From: Octopus sinensis
Lineage: Eukaryota
Assembly: GCF_006345805.1 (NCBI RefSeq)
Contig: NC_043001.1
Location: forward strand, 108,500,001 to 108,564,000
Length of the DNA: 64,000 bases
Reading direction: 5' to 3'
Below are positions 1-13,418 of the stretch, piece by piece. A model generated the notes under the pieces. That model had not been told where the DNA came from. It worked only from the letters and a program-made list of their open reading frames with translations, and did not search any database. A program made the translations under genes and the position numbers. How positions within the stretch are numbered: position 1 is the stretch's first letter; each line of letters begins with the position of its first letter.

Positions 1-759
1 CCGTCGCAGGTGAGCTGCAAGATGCAGAAGGAAAGAGTGAGAGAAAGTTGTGGCGAAAGAGTTAGCAGAAGTTCACCATTACCTTCTGCTGGAGCCGCAT
101 GGAGCTTAGGTGTTTCGCTCATAAACACACACACACATCGCCCAGTCTGAGATTCGAACCCGCAATCTCTCGACTGCAAGTCTGCTGCTCTAACCACTAG
201 GCCATGTGCATCCACTATTTATTAAGAATACCTTTACACAAGACTGAGTGAAAAGAATATTGCCTTTCAATTTCCTGTTGCAATTAGAAACCTGAAATGC
301 AACAATGTAAAATTATGCTTCATTCTCTGAGAGAGATGCAAAGATATAAAGTGCTGTGATTTAAAAGAAGAAACAGTTACAAAGTCTCATTTTACAAGAC
401 AAAGACCAAAGGTCAGTTGTTCTGTTTATTATTAATGCAAAGCTTTGTTTCCATAAGCGACCAGATCCACGGAATCGGTCATTGATGTTGGTTTTAATTC
501 ATTCTGTAACAAAATGAGAAAAAGAAAACAATGAATTGAAGTACAGTTTTATTCATTATTTATTTCTTCATGTGCCACCTGACTGGCACCCATGCCAGTA
601 GCACATAAAAAGCACCATCTTGGAGTGGTTGGCATTAGGAAGGGCTCCCAGCTGTGTAGAAACCTTGCCAAATCAGATTGGAGCCTAGTGCAGCCTCCCA
701 GCTCACTGGTCCTCAGTCGAACTGTCCAACCCATGCCAGCATGGAAAGCGGACTTTAAC

Positions 760-1042
760 TGATGACAACGACGACAATGATAATGGTGGCGGCGGCGGCG
801 GTGGCGGTGGTGGTGATGCAGATGATGATGATGATGATGATGGTTGTGATGATGATGATGATGATGATGATAATATGATGATGATGATGATGATGATGAT
901 GATGGTTGTGATGATGATGATGATGATGATGACGACGACGATGATGATGGTTGTGATGATGATGATGATGATGATGGTTGTGATGATGATAATGATGATG
1001 ATGGCGGTGGTGATGATGATGATGATGATGATGTTGATGATG
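760..1042. repeat. (GAT/GGT)n microsatellite expanded from an RTE tail
   Basis: Direct inspection. Confidence 0.95.
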
Positions 1043-1265
1043 GTTCTATAAGGAAGAGAGTTAATTGCATTTATTTCCTAAACGATGTTAACACAAACAA
1101 TTCATTCGGTTGTTTGATTGCTGCTTTCAAACAACATCAGCGATGGCTTCCTATGTATTGCTCTTGTCTGTCTCCTTGTTCATTAGATTGTTCCAGAACA
1201 AAGTCTGCTTCAGCTAACAAAACTAAACGCATCCTACTTCTTCTCTCATTGTCACTTACCTTACC

Positions 1266-1307
<42 letters not shown>

Positions 1308-1520
1308 CACATTCACGAAAAACAAACAAAAACAAAAAAAACCCCCCATTTGCAACACATGCACACACTATCACCACAATGCACATGCACACATGCACAA
1401 TACACATGCATATGTTTGCAAACAGGCGCATAAATACCACCCACCTCCAACGCATACTTTCAAACATATACATTACGCCGACCCACTCATAAACATTACC
1501 TCTACCCGTCACCCACTTTC

Positions 1521-1552
<32 letters not shown>

Positions 1553-1829
1553 TACATACATACACACACATGAACATACACTACATACCCATACACTTGC
1601 ATACACGTCCATGACAGAGTACTTTTCCAGTTTTTTTCCTTCTTTTCACATCCGCCACAACCTGCTCCTCCATATTTTTTTTTTTTTTTTGTTTTTTCAT
1701 CAAAATGAATTAATTAGAATTTCATTTTGGAATGGTGTCAAATAGCGTCTCACGTTAATCTTTTTGTCTTTTAACCCTGGGTCAGACTTGATCATGTAGA
1801 TTTGAGTCACTGCAATGGTGATCATCCCA

Positions 1830-2146
1830 TTCTCCTCCTTCTCCTTCTCCTTCTCCTTCTTCTTCTTTTCCTTCTCCTTCTTCTTCACTTCTTCTTCTCC
1901 TTCTCCTTCTTCTTCTCCTTCTCCTTCTTCTTCTTCTCCTTCTCCTTCTTCTGCTTCTTCTCTTCTTCTTCTCCTCCTCCTCTTCCGCCTCCTCCTTCTT
2001 CTTCTGCTTCTTCTCTTCTTCTTCTTCTCCTCCTCCTCCTCCACCTCCTTCTTCTTCTCCTCCTCCTCCTTCTTCTTCTTCTCCTCCTCCTCCTCCTCCT
2101 CCTCCTCTTCTTCTTCTCTTCTTCTTCTTCTCTTTCTCCTCCTTCT
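1830..2146. repeat. (TTC/CTC)n polypyrimidine microsatellite
   Basis: Direct inspection; similar tracts at 6655-6912 and, purine on +, 58149-58540. Confidence 0.95.
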
Positions 2147-2459
2147 CATTGTCGTCTTTACTATAAAGAAATACCTATTTCTTTACTACCCACAAGGGGC
2201 TAAACACAGAGGGGACAAACAAGGACAGACAAATGGGTTAAGTCGATCATATCGACCGCAGTGCATAACTGGTACTTAATTTATCGACCCCGAAAGGATG
2301 AAGGGCAAAGTCGACCTCAGCGGAATTTGAACTCAGAACGTAGCGGCAGACAAAATACGGCTACGCATCTCGCCCGGCGTGCTAACGATTCTGCCAGCTT
2401 GCCGCCTTTACAAGGCTTTAAAGCTTTCAAAAATGACACGATGCTTTTTATGCAAGGAA

Positions 2460-2832
2460 ATGGTCCCAGAATGTAGCAACACTTGCTGTGAGGACTTGAT
2501 GGGGATGCTGGGGTTGGAAGAATCAGTGGAATGGTTGGCCAGAGCAAATGGAGTGAGGTGGCATGGGCATGTGTTGAGGAGGATGAAGAGCATGGTCTGA
2601 GGAGGGTGCTTGTGTTTGAGGTAAATGGAGTGCAAAAGTGAGATAGACCGAGGAAAAGGTGGTGGGGACAGGTGGAGGAGGAGATTGGGAGGGTCAGTTT
2701 GAAAAGGGAGGACACCCAAAACTGGGTAAGATGGTGTGAGGGTGGTTGCTATGGCATTGAGATAGATCCGGCCACCCCTGTTAACGGAGATAAAACCTGA
2801 ATTTAAAACACTGGATGATGATGATGATGATG
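2460..2832 (+). mobile_element. RTE-clade LINE 3' fragment (second family)
   Basis: ARANGVRWHGHVLRR...RPRKRW remnant followed by a (GAT)n tail. Confidence 0.75.
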
Positions 2833-3769
2833 TGAAATTAAAGCTGCAAGTGTTTGCAAGAACTACATGATATTTAACCCTTTAGCATTCAGATCTTTCT
2901 GTCAAGCGTAACCCTTATTAATTCACATTGTTTTGAATTAATCATGAATTATCTTGTAGCATTGATTGATGAGGAGCTAATGTTAGGATAATAACACACT
3001 GGATGGCTAAAAGACAGAAACTCTGCCCTCACCATTTCAGTTGATGACAAAGAATTTATCTAAAAGGTTGACCCTAATAATCAAAAGTCTTCAAGTCTTT
3101 TCTGATAATGATCTTAAATCATGAAAGTCTATCAGTACATCAACTCTTTAAAATACTTTCATAAAGAAAACACTGGATTGTTCCTGAAGCACTTTTGGCA
3201 AAAGAGTAAGGGTGAGTCTGCCAATATCACATATTGTTGTAAGCCACCCCTTACAACAATAGTTCAAAACAGTGCAATTTATGTTTGACTGAGAAATTTC
3301 ATATTATATTCCCCCACTCATACATACAAACCATGTGCAAACAAACAGAAGTGATATTGACTTGCAATGATGGAATGAAATGTCTTAGATCAGATAAGCT
3401 AATAATTGCCACTAATTCTATTAATAGTATTATTAATTATCATATTAAATTAATTACTCTCATATTTAGCATATTGTCTGTTATTACAAACTCCCCCTCC
3501 CAATGCCATTCTCTGAGGTATACTGGCAACCATGTTTTGCAAGCAAGTTGAGCTAGAAGCAGTAATTGCTTTTATTATTATTCTTAATTATTGTATTTAT
3601 TAATTGCATATTTATTTTTGTCAATTATCGCAATTAATTAGTTTCACATTTAATAACATTATTTGTCCATCTGCTATGGCCAATTTTGTCTCTCCCCTCC
3701 CCTCTTCTCCATGATATGCAAACAAGTTAAGCTGATTATTGCTAATAGTTATTGCTAGTGGTCTGTTGC

Positions 3770-3810
3770 AATTATTATTATTATTATTATTACTATTATT
3801 ATTATTATTA

Positions 3811-3872
<62 letters not shown>

Positions 3873-3903
3873 GTTATTATTACTATTATTATTATTATTA
3901 TTA
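3770..3903. repeat. (TTA)n microsatellite
   Basis: Direct inspection; similar tracts at 30780-30853 and 39988-40190. Confidence 0.95.
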
Positions 3904-3904
3904 C

Positions 3905-4596
3905 CGGGACAATGACTAGTGACCGAGACCTTTGGAGGTATGCTGTGCTTGTGAAGACCTGACAAGCCAAGTGAAACCATAACCCATGGCTGATGCTAGT
4001 GGGGTGTACCCCTCATTCATTGGACCCCTCATTCATTGGACAATAAACTTTGCTTGCGAAAACCTGTTGAGGCAAGTGAAATCAAAATCAAAATCAATGA
4101 CATGGTCGATGACAGTACTACCTTATTGGCACTCATACCAGTGGAATGTCAAAAGCACCATCCGAGTGTGAATGTTGCCAGGGCCACTGATTGGCTCCCG
4201 TGCCAGTGGCACGTAAAATGCACCTTTCAACCGTGATCATTGCCAGCGTCACCTTACTGGCACATGTGCCGGAGGCACGTGAAAAACAACATTCGAGCGT
4301 GGTCATTGCTAGTGCCGCCAGACTGGCTCCCATGAAGGTGGCACATAAAAAACACCTTTTGGGCATGGTCGTTGCCAGAACCGCCTGACTGACGCATGTG
4401 CCAGTGGCATGTAAAAGCACCCACTACACTCACTGAGTGGTTGGCATTAGGAAGGGCATCCAGCTGTAGAAACTTTGCCAGCGAGCCAGGAAGCTGGTGC
4501 AGCCTCCTGGCTCGCTGATCCTCAGTCAAACCATCCAACCCATGCCAGCATGGAAAGCAGACATTAAACGACAATGATGATGATGATGATGATGAT
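3905..4596 (+). mobile_element. RTE 3' UTR copy; further copies near 575-775, 18390-18670, 24680-24940, 25110-25262, 26015-26520, 30225-30550, 31108-31620, 34015-34150(-), 36005-36455, 37580-38012, 38850-39207, 42440-42852
   Basis: Shares GTGCCGGTGGCACGTAAAAAGCACC subrepeats, TTGGCATTAGGAAGGGCATCCAGCTGTAGAAA and AACCCATGCCAGCATGGAAAGCGGACGTTAAA(CGAT)(GAT)n with the RTE at 9030-9940. Confidence 0.85.
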
Positions 4597-4925
4597 TAGA
4601 AGGTGTCAGCTGGCAGAATCGTTAGCATGCCAGGCAAAATGCTTAGTGGCCTTTTGCCCATCTTTACGTTCTGAGTTCAAATTCCCCTGAGGCTGACTTT
4701 GCCTTTCATCCTTTCAAGGTCAATAAATTAAGTACCTGTTACGCACTGGGATTGATGTAATCAAATTACCCCTCCCCACAAATTTCAGGCCTTGTGCCTT
4801 CAGTAGAGAGGTCTGATAAGGGTACACTAGGCACATGCATCACAACCACATGTGCGCAACATGGTGATCTCATATCAAGATAAACAGCACATGATCTTGC
4901 AGTTGGGGCCCAGTTAGAATTTTCT

Positions 4926-5851
4926 TGTGTCCACTACCCTGATTGGTTGGTATTGGAACAACTTGTCTCTTACTTAATTGCTGTGTATAACCAGTCATAG
5001 ACTCCAAATAGGATCACATGGGACAGCCTGTCCCCTATCCTGTTTGAACCTACAGCTCCTTATAAAAACTCAGCTTTTCCTCATTCTGAGGCCTTTGGCT
5101 CCAGACCTTTTAAGGTCTAGACACTGACTACAAAGACACAGCCAGTTCCAGCAACAATGCCAGAACAACACCACCACCACAACCACCACCACCACCACCA
5201 CAGCAGCTCCGTTGAGATTCACCAACTTCATCCAACAGCATTACGAAAACCTCCTTCGTCGCCACCATCATGTCCTTCTTAACGTCATCAGCACCATCTC
5301 TCTTTGTACACAGTTCAGCAAGCTATTCCCCCAGGTTCCAAAAGTTCACTGTTCATGACTTATTCCACCACAGATCAACAGTGAATATACAGCCTGTATG
5401 AACTCCTGTACAAGGGCCTCAAGCAGCAGCATCACAGCCACGACTTCACATACGACATTTACCTGTAACCAGCTCAGAATCATGGCTGCAACTTTTTGAT
5501 ACAGTATTTCAATGACCGTGTAAAACTGACTACAAACTGGTATTATCATCTTTCTTGTGTCTATGAACTTCTCACTTCGATGGCTATAGACTCTTTCACT
5601 GTCTTCTTCATTGCCATCCTTATATGTTCTTAACACACATGCATACATCTATTCTTACACACACACATACACTTTCTTCTCACGACGGCCTGCCTATTAT
5701 TCTGATACATGACACACACACAGACACACATGTAAACTTATCAATAAATATTCTCTTAATCATTCTAACGCGATTGTGTCTCTTTTCCCTCTGGCACTTA
5801 TATGAGTTCCATTCAATTTCTCTTTATGGTAAGGGCTGTGTGATGTGATAC
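4926..5851 (+). mobile_element. Possible solo LTR remnant
   Basis: Starts TG and ends CA, with TATAAAA near 5061 and AATAAA near 5743; truncates the preceding retroposon. No TSD or partner LTR seen. Confidence 0.3.
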
Positions 5852-6016
5852 AAAAGAGTGATCTTCCTCACCTCACATTGCACAGTCCATTTCAAGGTCA
5901 ACTTTGCCTTTCATCCTTTTAGGATCAATAGTATAAGAACCAGTTTAAAACAGGTGTTGATACAATCAACTTGCCCCTCTCCTAAAGTTGCTGGTCTTGT
6001 GCCAAAATTTGAAACC

Positions 6017-6053
<37 letters not shown>

Positions 6054-6332
6054 GAATGAATGAGCAATGCATGCCATCAAAGTGACACTGGGGTACAAAT
6101 ATATGAAACCTGATATACCCATATTATCATTATTATTATTATTATAAATATCATTATTTCTAATTCTCTCTAAAGGATATTAATAGCTATCGCCAAGCTA
6201 ACATAACATTCCAGAAAAATAGGACGAATGCTGTCATAGCTAGCTAGAGGCGATGGCCTCTTGGAGCTAATCAACAGCAGCATTCGTCCTATTTTTCTGG
6301 ATTGTCATGTTAGCTTGGCAATAACTATTAAC

Positions 6333-6650
6333 ATTATTATTATTATTATTACATGAAAACTCTCAGCTTATTTTTCTGGGCATGGTGGAAAGTGTCAGCT
6401 GCCCACAGCCAGCAGACTAAGGTGACACTTGACTAAGGTGACAGATCATGCTTCAAGAACCCTTCAAAGAACTCTTGCAGTTCCAAGCAACGATGATTTT
6501 TGTAGCTGTTCCATCTTTACATTTGTACCAATCTTTTTGAACCACATTTGAAGTTGAATGTTGATACTTCAAAGTTCAATGGTCATTATTGGTATCATAT
6601 GTCCAGTCTCTTGATTTCTCCACAATCTGTGTATTTCAATTCATCACAGT
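6333..6650 (-). mobile_element. R4/Dong-like LINE 3' end in a (TAA)n tract
   Basis: Minus-strand remnant IPIM...EQLQKSSLLGTARVL*RVLEA*, typical of the R4/Dong C-terminus, followed by a short UTR and (TAA)n. Confidence 0.65.
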
Positions 6651-8296
6651 TGTTCACTTCTTCTTCTTCTTCTTCTTCTTCTTCTCCTTTTTCTTCTTCT
6701 TCTTCTTCTTCTTCTTCTTCTTCTTCTTCTTCTTCTCTTCCTTCTTCTTCTTCTCCTCCTCCTCCTCCTCCTCTTCCTTCTTCTTCTCCTCTTCCTTCTT
6801 CTTCTTCTCCTTCTCTTCCTTCTTCTTCTCTTTCTTTTTCTTCTTCTCTTTCCTCTTCTTCTTCTTCTTCTTCTTCTTCTTCTTCTTCTTCTTCTCCTTC
6901 TCTTCTTCTTCTTTCATCTTGCTGTCACCAGTACATGCTAAATCGATTTCCCAGCATATTTTATTTTTCCTTTTCTGTTCACTACAACAATGTCAGATTT
7001 CCAATATCTGATCTATTGGTCACACTGAATGACTGCATCCCACGGGATTTTTCAGACTTCATTCTCAGTAACTCCCACTAAGATTTGGTTATACCATGTC
7101 TTTGATCTTTCTAGGCCATAATTTCCAAGGAGAGAGTGTCCTCCTCCTCCTCCTCCTCATCATCATCATTATCATCATCATCATCATCATCATCATCATT
7201 ATCATCATCATCATCATCATCATCATCGTTGTCGTCGTCGTCATCATCATCATCAACTTATGCCGGCATGGGTTGGATGGTTTGATATGTGCTGGCAAGG
7301 CCAGGAGCCACACCAGATTCCATTGTCTGTTCTAGCAAGGTTTCTATGGCAGGTTGCTCTCCCTAATGCCAACCACTTTACAGAGAGTAGAAGGGATGGG
7401 GTTTTTTTTATGTAGCAACATCACCATTTCTTTTGACATGGGACCAGTATCAGTGCTCTTTGCATGACACCATCACCAGTGCTTTTTTTATAAGGCCCTG
7501 CCAAGAGGTGATGTTGACCCTAGAAACTGTAGTGAAGGTCCCATCTAGAAGAGCACTATCTCTATATAAAACTCATTGTGTAGATGAAGCATTTCAGTCC
7601 TGACAGGTAATCTTCCCAGCGCTGCACTCATGATAATATGCACCCCAGTTTATAATCCTTAAATGGTTGGTGACAGGAAAACCATTCAGCTAATTGGACC
7701 CTACCTAAATCCTGAACAATTATAAATACAATAGAAATATATAAATGGCTTAACACTTAACCAAGCTAATGCTACACTCGGCAATGAGGTTGTTAAGTGG
7801 GACACTTGAGTAAGTGTGGTAATCCTATGACTGTTATCAAACAACACAAATGCTTTCCATTTCAGGTACAGAAAACAGATACCATACAACTATCACCAAT
7901 TACAATTGTCTGATCGCCTGACAAGTACAGGCAGGCCAAAACTTTGAAGTTACTGTCACCCCTCTACTTGTAATACTGTAATAGATATGTACTCGAATAA
8001 AAAGTGTTGATGCATTCTTCATTTTAATGCTAAATTGATTTTATATATTTTGACATAAAAACGAACGTGGAGTAGATGAAACAGGGACAACTGATGAAGG
8101 GGAATATTCTTTATGTTGTATGTCTCGTTTCTCTGTTTGTTTTTTTGGTGTTCGAAAAAGAAAGTTCGTTTCTATGTTTTTGTTTTTTTTGTTTTTGTTT
8201 CTCATTGTGTTCAACGTCTTTTTGATGTCCTGTACCCATATATGCATGTATATATACATATATGTTGGTATGTACATATATGCATATATTTATATA

Positions 8297-8860
8297 TTGG
8301 GTTGTCTGGAAAGTTCGTGCCGATTTTTAAAGGAAAGAAAAACCTCAATAAATACCTGCCATTACATTTTTAATCAACCAAATATGAACCATTTTGTTGC
8401 ACAATGCGTCTCCATCTTTCCTTTAACTTGAAAATACCCTCTTCCCAGAATTGAGGTGGTTTCATGGCAAAGAATTCATCAAGGTATCTTTTTACGTCTT
8501 CCAAGGAATTGAAAGTTTTACCATTAAGACTATTCTGCAGAGACCTGAATAAGTGGAAATTCGAAGGAGCAATATCTGGTGAATATGGAGGGTGGGGTAA
8601 CATCCCAGCCGAGCTACAGCAATTTTTGTCTGGCTCCCAAAGCATCAAGTGCCGAAAATGAACTTTCTTATCTTCTAATTTAAAGGGCTACAGAATTAAC
8701 ACAGGTTAAAGGAACATAAACCTTCTTCCATGAAAAGATAGCTTAAACTGTGCTCTAAATGGAGGTGTAGTCAAATCCTATTTTATGGACTCAACCATAT
8801 TATAAAATAAGTCGAAAGGTAAGCTACTATAAATCAGCACAAATTTTCCGGACAACCCAA
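8297..8860 (-). mobile_element. Internally deleted mariner transposon
   Basis: TIRs TTGGGTTGTCTGGAAAGTTCGTGCCGATTT / AAATCAGCACAAATTTTCCGGACAACCCAA with TA on both sides. The transposase N-terminus EDKKVHFRHLMLWE is fused to the C-terminal HPPYSPDIAPSNFHLFRSLQNSL...GIFKLKERW. Confidence 0.9.
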
Positions 8861-9029
8861 TATTATTTATATCATTATACACACACACACACATGCACAT
8901 TCTTTTATTTCTTTCAGTCATTTGATTGTAACCATGCTGGAGCACTGCCTTTAGTCAAAGAAATCGTAGCCTGGGCAAAGTTCAGAGGGCTCCTACCTCT
9001 GCCAGTAACAAAGGGCCTCTAGCTCAGAG

Positions 9030-9940
9030 TGAAAGGTAGACTGTATGACACATGTAGACTGTATGGCACATGCTACATGGCAGTGAAATATGGGTCGTGA
9101 CTGCTGAGGACATGTGCAAGAAATGAAGCTAGTATGCTCTGCTGGATGTGTAATGTCAATGTGCATACACGACAGAGTGTAAGTGCCCTGAGAGAAAAGA
9201 TGGAGATAAGAAGCATTAGGTGTAGTGTGCACAAGAGACGACTGCGCTGGTATGGTCATGTGTTGCATATGGATGAGAACATCTGTGTGAGAAAGCATCA
9301 CACCCTAAAAGTGGAGGGAACGTGTAGAAGAAGTAGGCCCAGGAAGACCTGGGATGAGGTGGTGAAGCATGACCTTTGGATGTTGGGCCTCATGGAGGTA
9401 ATGACAAGTGATCAAGACCTTTGGAGATATGCTGTGCTTGAGAAGATCTGGCAAGCCAAGTGAGACTGTAACCGTGGCTTATGCCAGTGTTGCAGAACCA
9501 GCCCATTTAAGAATACCCTTCAATCATTGGGCAATATACTGTGCTTGAGAAGACCTGTTGAGTCAAGTGAAATCATTATCGTGGCAGATGCCAATACTGA
9601 CTGACTGGCTCCCATGCCGGTGGCATATAGAAAGCACCATTTGAGCATGGCTGTTGCCTGTGCTACCTGACTGGCTTCTGTGTTGGTGGCATGTAAAAAG
9701 TACCATTCAAGCATGGTCAATGCCAGTACCACCTGACTGGCCCCTGTGCTGGTGGCACGTAAAAAACACCCACTACACTCTCGGAGTGGTTGGCATTAGG
9801 AAGGGCATCTAGCTGCAGAAACCTTGACAGTTCAGATTGGAGCCCGGTGCAGCCTACTGGGTTTCCAGTCCTCAGTCAAACTGTTCAACCCATGCCAGCA
9901 TAGAAAGCAGACATTAAACAATGATGATGATGATGATGAC
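9030..9940 (+). mobile_element. RTE-clade LINE 3' fragment
   Basis: ORF 9134..9463 with RRLRWYGHVLHM...GTCRRSRPRKTW. The 3' UTR has hairpin subrepeats, the GAGTGGTTGGCATTAGGAAGGGCATC motif and a (GAT)n tail. Confidence 0.88.
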
Positions 9941-10319
9941 ATATATGTGTATGTATGTATGTATGTATGTATGTATTATAGAGGTATAACATAAAACTGC
10001 TATATATAAAAAGGACATGACACTGCCAAAATGTTATCTTTAAGATAAAGCGTTAGTAGTATTTGTAGTATGAATGTATATATGTGTTGCATTCTGTGTC
10101 ATTATTCACTTTTATTTCAAGATTTCTTGGCAATAGAAAAAGAGTTGGCTTCTAACTTAGATCCAAGGCTCCTTCATTGGAATTTCAACAAAATCAACTG
10201 GGTATTTTTGCGTGTGTGTGTGCAGTATTTGGAATCAGTGCATATTCAGCTTTGTATGTTTTGTTTTATGTGTGTATTCTTAAGCATATAGCTGCATGTC
10301 TAGATATACACATATATAC

Positions 10320-11380
10320 TTATATGATAGACTTCTGAAAAGTTCCTGTGATGGCTTGGACCTGTAGACTTCGAATCAGCTTTCTCCTTTCCGATTTTGA
10401 GAAGCCTAATTTTTCAAAATTGGTATTTAGGCAGTGTGTTACATATCCCAGTGCCCCACTGTATAAACCTGAACATGCAATCTGGGTAGAGTAAATATAG
10501 ATTTCTCAATAGTCCAGTGTAGGTATTTTCCTTTTCGCTGATCCTTACCCTGATGTTAACATCCGCTGAGCAACCGATTTAGATTACTGTACACAGTTTC
10601 TCTTCTACGTCCCAAACCATTACCGTAAATCCTCGAGTATAGTCCGCCATTGTGTATAATACACAGAGGATTTTTAGGGAGCTGTACCTCTGAAAAACCT
10701 AAACCTCCTGTATAATACGCACCCCTTCTCTAACTTGAGTCGCTCTTAACTGTTATATGGGAATGTAAATATGTTTGCAAATTGTTTTTGTTATATGTTA
10801 TTCTGTGTTCTGAATACTTTTATTTTAATAAATGTTGCTTACTGCAAGTTATGGATGATTCTTTTAAGACTTCATTGCTTTCAGGCTTAGCTTAAGGTAT
10901 TTTCGCGCCCGACATCAGAAAATGGGTCTGAATAAACATTGCCGGACATCAAATAGAGACTTGGACATTGATTAGAAAATAATTTTCATTTTTAACCTCG
11001 TATATAGTACGCACTAGGGATTTTGACCTTTAAATTTTGGGGGGAAAATGCGGATTATACTCAAGGATTTACAGTATATAATTTTATTGAGGTTTTCTCT
11101 GGAATATTCCACCAGTACTACTTCTTATTATGAGTGGCTATGGCATCTACCAAACTTTGGATTCTTATTTCCTTAACCTCACGTTTATCCTTTCAACGGA
11201 TTTCATTATACAGCGTCTTGATAACAACAGTATGTCTCATTGATAGATAATACTGCGATGACATTTTGGGACAATTACTTATGAAGTAAGTGATACCTTC
11301 GGTGCTTCAGTATGGACTCCAAAAAGTCTGCATCAGTTATCACATTTTGCTACTTTTCCTGCATCCCTGTCCCTTTTGTG
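10320..11380 (-). mobile_element. Decayed RLE-type (R4/Dong-like) non-LTR retrotransposon fragment split by a MITE
   Basis: Minus-strand remnants CRLFGVHTE..ITYFISNCPKMSSQYYLSMRH (degenerate CCHC knuckle) and WDVEEKLCTVI*IGCSADVNI..SEKENTY (restriction-like endonuclease region), with stops and frameshifts. Confidence 0.65.
10623..11074. mobile_element. Tc2/pogo-like MITE, copy 1
   Basis: TIRs CCGTAAATCCTCGAGTATAGTCCG / CGGATTATACTCAAGGATTTACAG with TA duplication; inserted into a LINE remnant. Confidence 0.8.
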
Positions 11381-11637
11381 CATCATGTATGTATGTATGT
11401 ATGCATGTATGTATGTATGTATGTCTTTTAGTCATTTACTTGTTTCAGTCACTTGACTGCAGCCATGCTGGAGCACCACCTTTTGTTGAACAACTTGACC
11501 CCAGGATTTATTCTTTGTAAGCCTGGTACTTATCCTATTGCTCTCTTTTGCCGAACTGCTAAGCTACAGTGACGTAAATGCACCAACATCGGTTGTCAAG
11601 CAATGGTGAGGAGACAAACACAGACACACAAACATAT

Positions 11638-11672
<35 letters not shown>

Positions 11673-11899
11673 GATAGATACATATATACGACGGGCTTCG
11701 GTATGTAGACCACAATCACTTAATTACATAAAGAGGATTCAAAGTCAGAGTCGGAGCCAGAGTCAGAGGTGCCAATAGTAGACGAGTCAGAGTAGGAGTC
11801 GAAGTTTTTTGTTTTGACTCCACAGCTCTGCTTATGAGAACATATTTACAACAGTTGAATAAACAACTGTATTCAAGAGCTATCGAATGAAAAAATAAC

Positions 11900-12565
11900 A
11901 AGTTTTCACTTCATTGTCAGCAGTGATTTGCGTTGGACAAAGCATATCTCTAAAATTGTCAAGAAGGCCGAGGGTGTCTTGGCATCACTCAGCAAGACTT
12001 TTGTTAGCCGCTCTCCAGCCATCTATTTAAAACTGTACACAGCTATGGTACGACCACACTTGGAATTCGCATCATCAGTTTGGAACCCCTATCTTGCTCA
12101 GAACATTGACCTCCTGGAATCTGTTCAGAGACGTGCAACCAAACGCATACCCTCCATCAGACACCTACCATATTCTGAGCAACTTGTTTCCTTGGGCATG
12201 GATTCACTGAAGCTCCGGCGTCTGGCGACGGACTTGGTAAACGCCCACAAAGTTGTCAACCACCTCACCAATAACAACACTGAACACCTTTTTGATCTCC
12301 ATGTGTCTAACACACGTGGACATGCCTACAAAGTCAGAAAACAACACAGCTCCCATGATTTTCGGAAACATTTCTTCATGCTCAGAGTTGCTGAAGCATG
12401 GAATAAACTGCCTGCGTCAGTTGTTGACTGCCATGACACTGCATCCTTTAAGGCCCTCATGCTTTCCGAAATCCGTCAAAACTACACCTGATTATATATG
12501 CACTTTAGATGAGTTGTAGTGCACCTGAGCACTGTACACAATATTTATTATTATTATTATTATTA
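11900..12565 (+). mobile_element. CR1-clade LINE 3' fragment
   Basis: ORF 11928..12491 with LYTAMVRPHLEFASSVWNPY...LESVQRRATK...TRGH...FF..RV..AWNKLP (post-RT region of CR1 elements); (TTA)n tail. Confidence 0.88.
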
Positions 12566-13012
12566 AAAACTGTTCATAATTTATTAGTCTGAAAATTTGA
12601 CACAAGGCCAGCAATTCAAAGGAAGTGGCTAAGTTGATTTCATTGACCTTCAGTATTCAACTTGTTCTTATTTTATCGACCCCAAAAGGATGAAAGACAA
12701 AGTCAACCATAGCAGAATTTGAACTCAGAACATAAAATTAGATGAAATGCCACTAAGCACTTTTTGTGGCGTGCTAACAATTCTGCCAACTCGATGCCTT
12801 AAAGACCATTTATAATTATTGGCTTCAAATTTTAGTACAAGGCCAGCAATTTTGGGGAAGGTGTTGAGTTGATGACATCGATCCCAGTGCTCGACTGGTA
12901 CTTGATTTATCGACCCTGAAAGGATGAAAGGCAAAGTCAACCATGGCAGAATTTGAGCTCAGAATGTAAAGACATACAAAATGCACAGTAGTGATTCTGC
13001 CAGCTCGCTTGC

Positions 13013-13418
13013 TTAACCCTTTTGATACCAACCTGGCTGAAACAGCCTCTGATTCTGTAGTACAAATGTCTTGTTTTCATAAGTTCTGAATTAAAATCTT
13101 CCACCAAACCTTAGTCACAATTTATGTTCCTAACACTAGCTGAATGATAACAGTTATTTTACTAAATTCTTTGTTATATTTAAAATTAATTGAAAGAAAC
13201 ACAGAACATCTCAACAGAAATATGGTCACAAATGAGTTAAAATATATAATAGAGAACCAATTTTTAACCCTTTCGTTACCAAGCTGGCTGAAACCGGCTC
13301 TGGCTCTGTAGTACAAATGTCTTGTTTTCGTAAGTTTTGAACTAAAATCTTTTATATTTAGAATTAAATGAATGAAGCACAGAGCATCTCTACAGAAATA
13401 CTGTAACTAAGGGGTTAA
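13013..13418. mobile_element. Tandem dimer of piggyBac-like (TTAA/CCC...GGG) MITEs
   Basis: TTAA-CCCTTT...GAG-TTAA, a 23-nt spacer, then TTAA-CCCTTTCGTTAC...GTAACTAAGGGG-TTAA. Confidence 0.75.

Noticed and set aside
549-2279. Long poly-Ser/His/Glu/Leu ORFs, also at 6548-7335, 39929-40231, 52007-52418, 58115-58554 and 61649-62059
   Set aside because: They are translations of tri-, tetra- and dinucleotide microsatellites with no splice or homology support. Only 58571-58655 within ORF 58143..58676 is a real exon.
8092-8130. Other CTGANGA hits (about 8092, 23986, 24425, 54063, 62257, and 34918 on minus)
   Set aside because: No stem II-GAAA-stem III-UH-stem I arrangement could be built around them.
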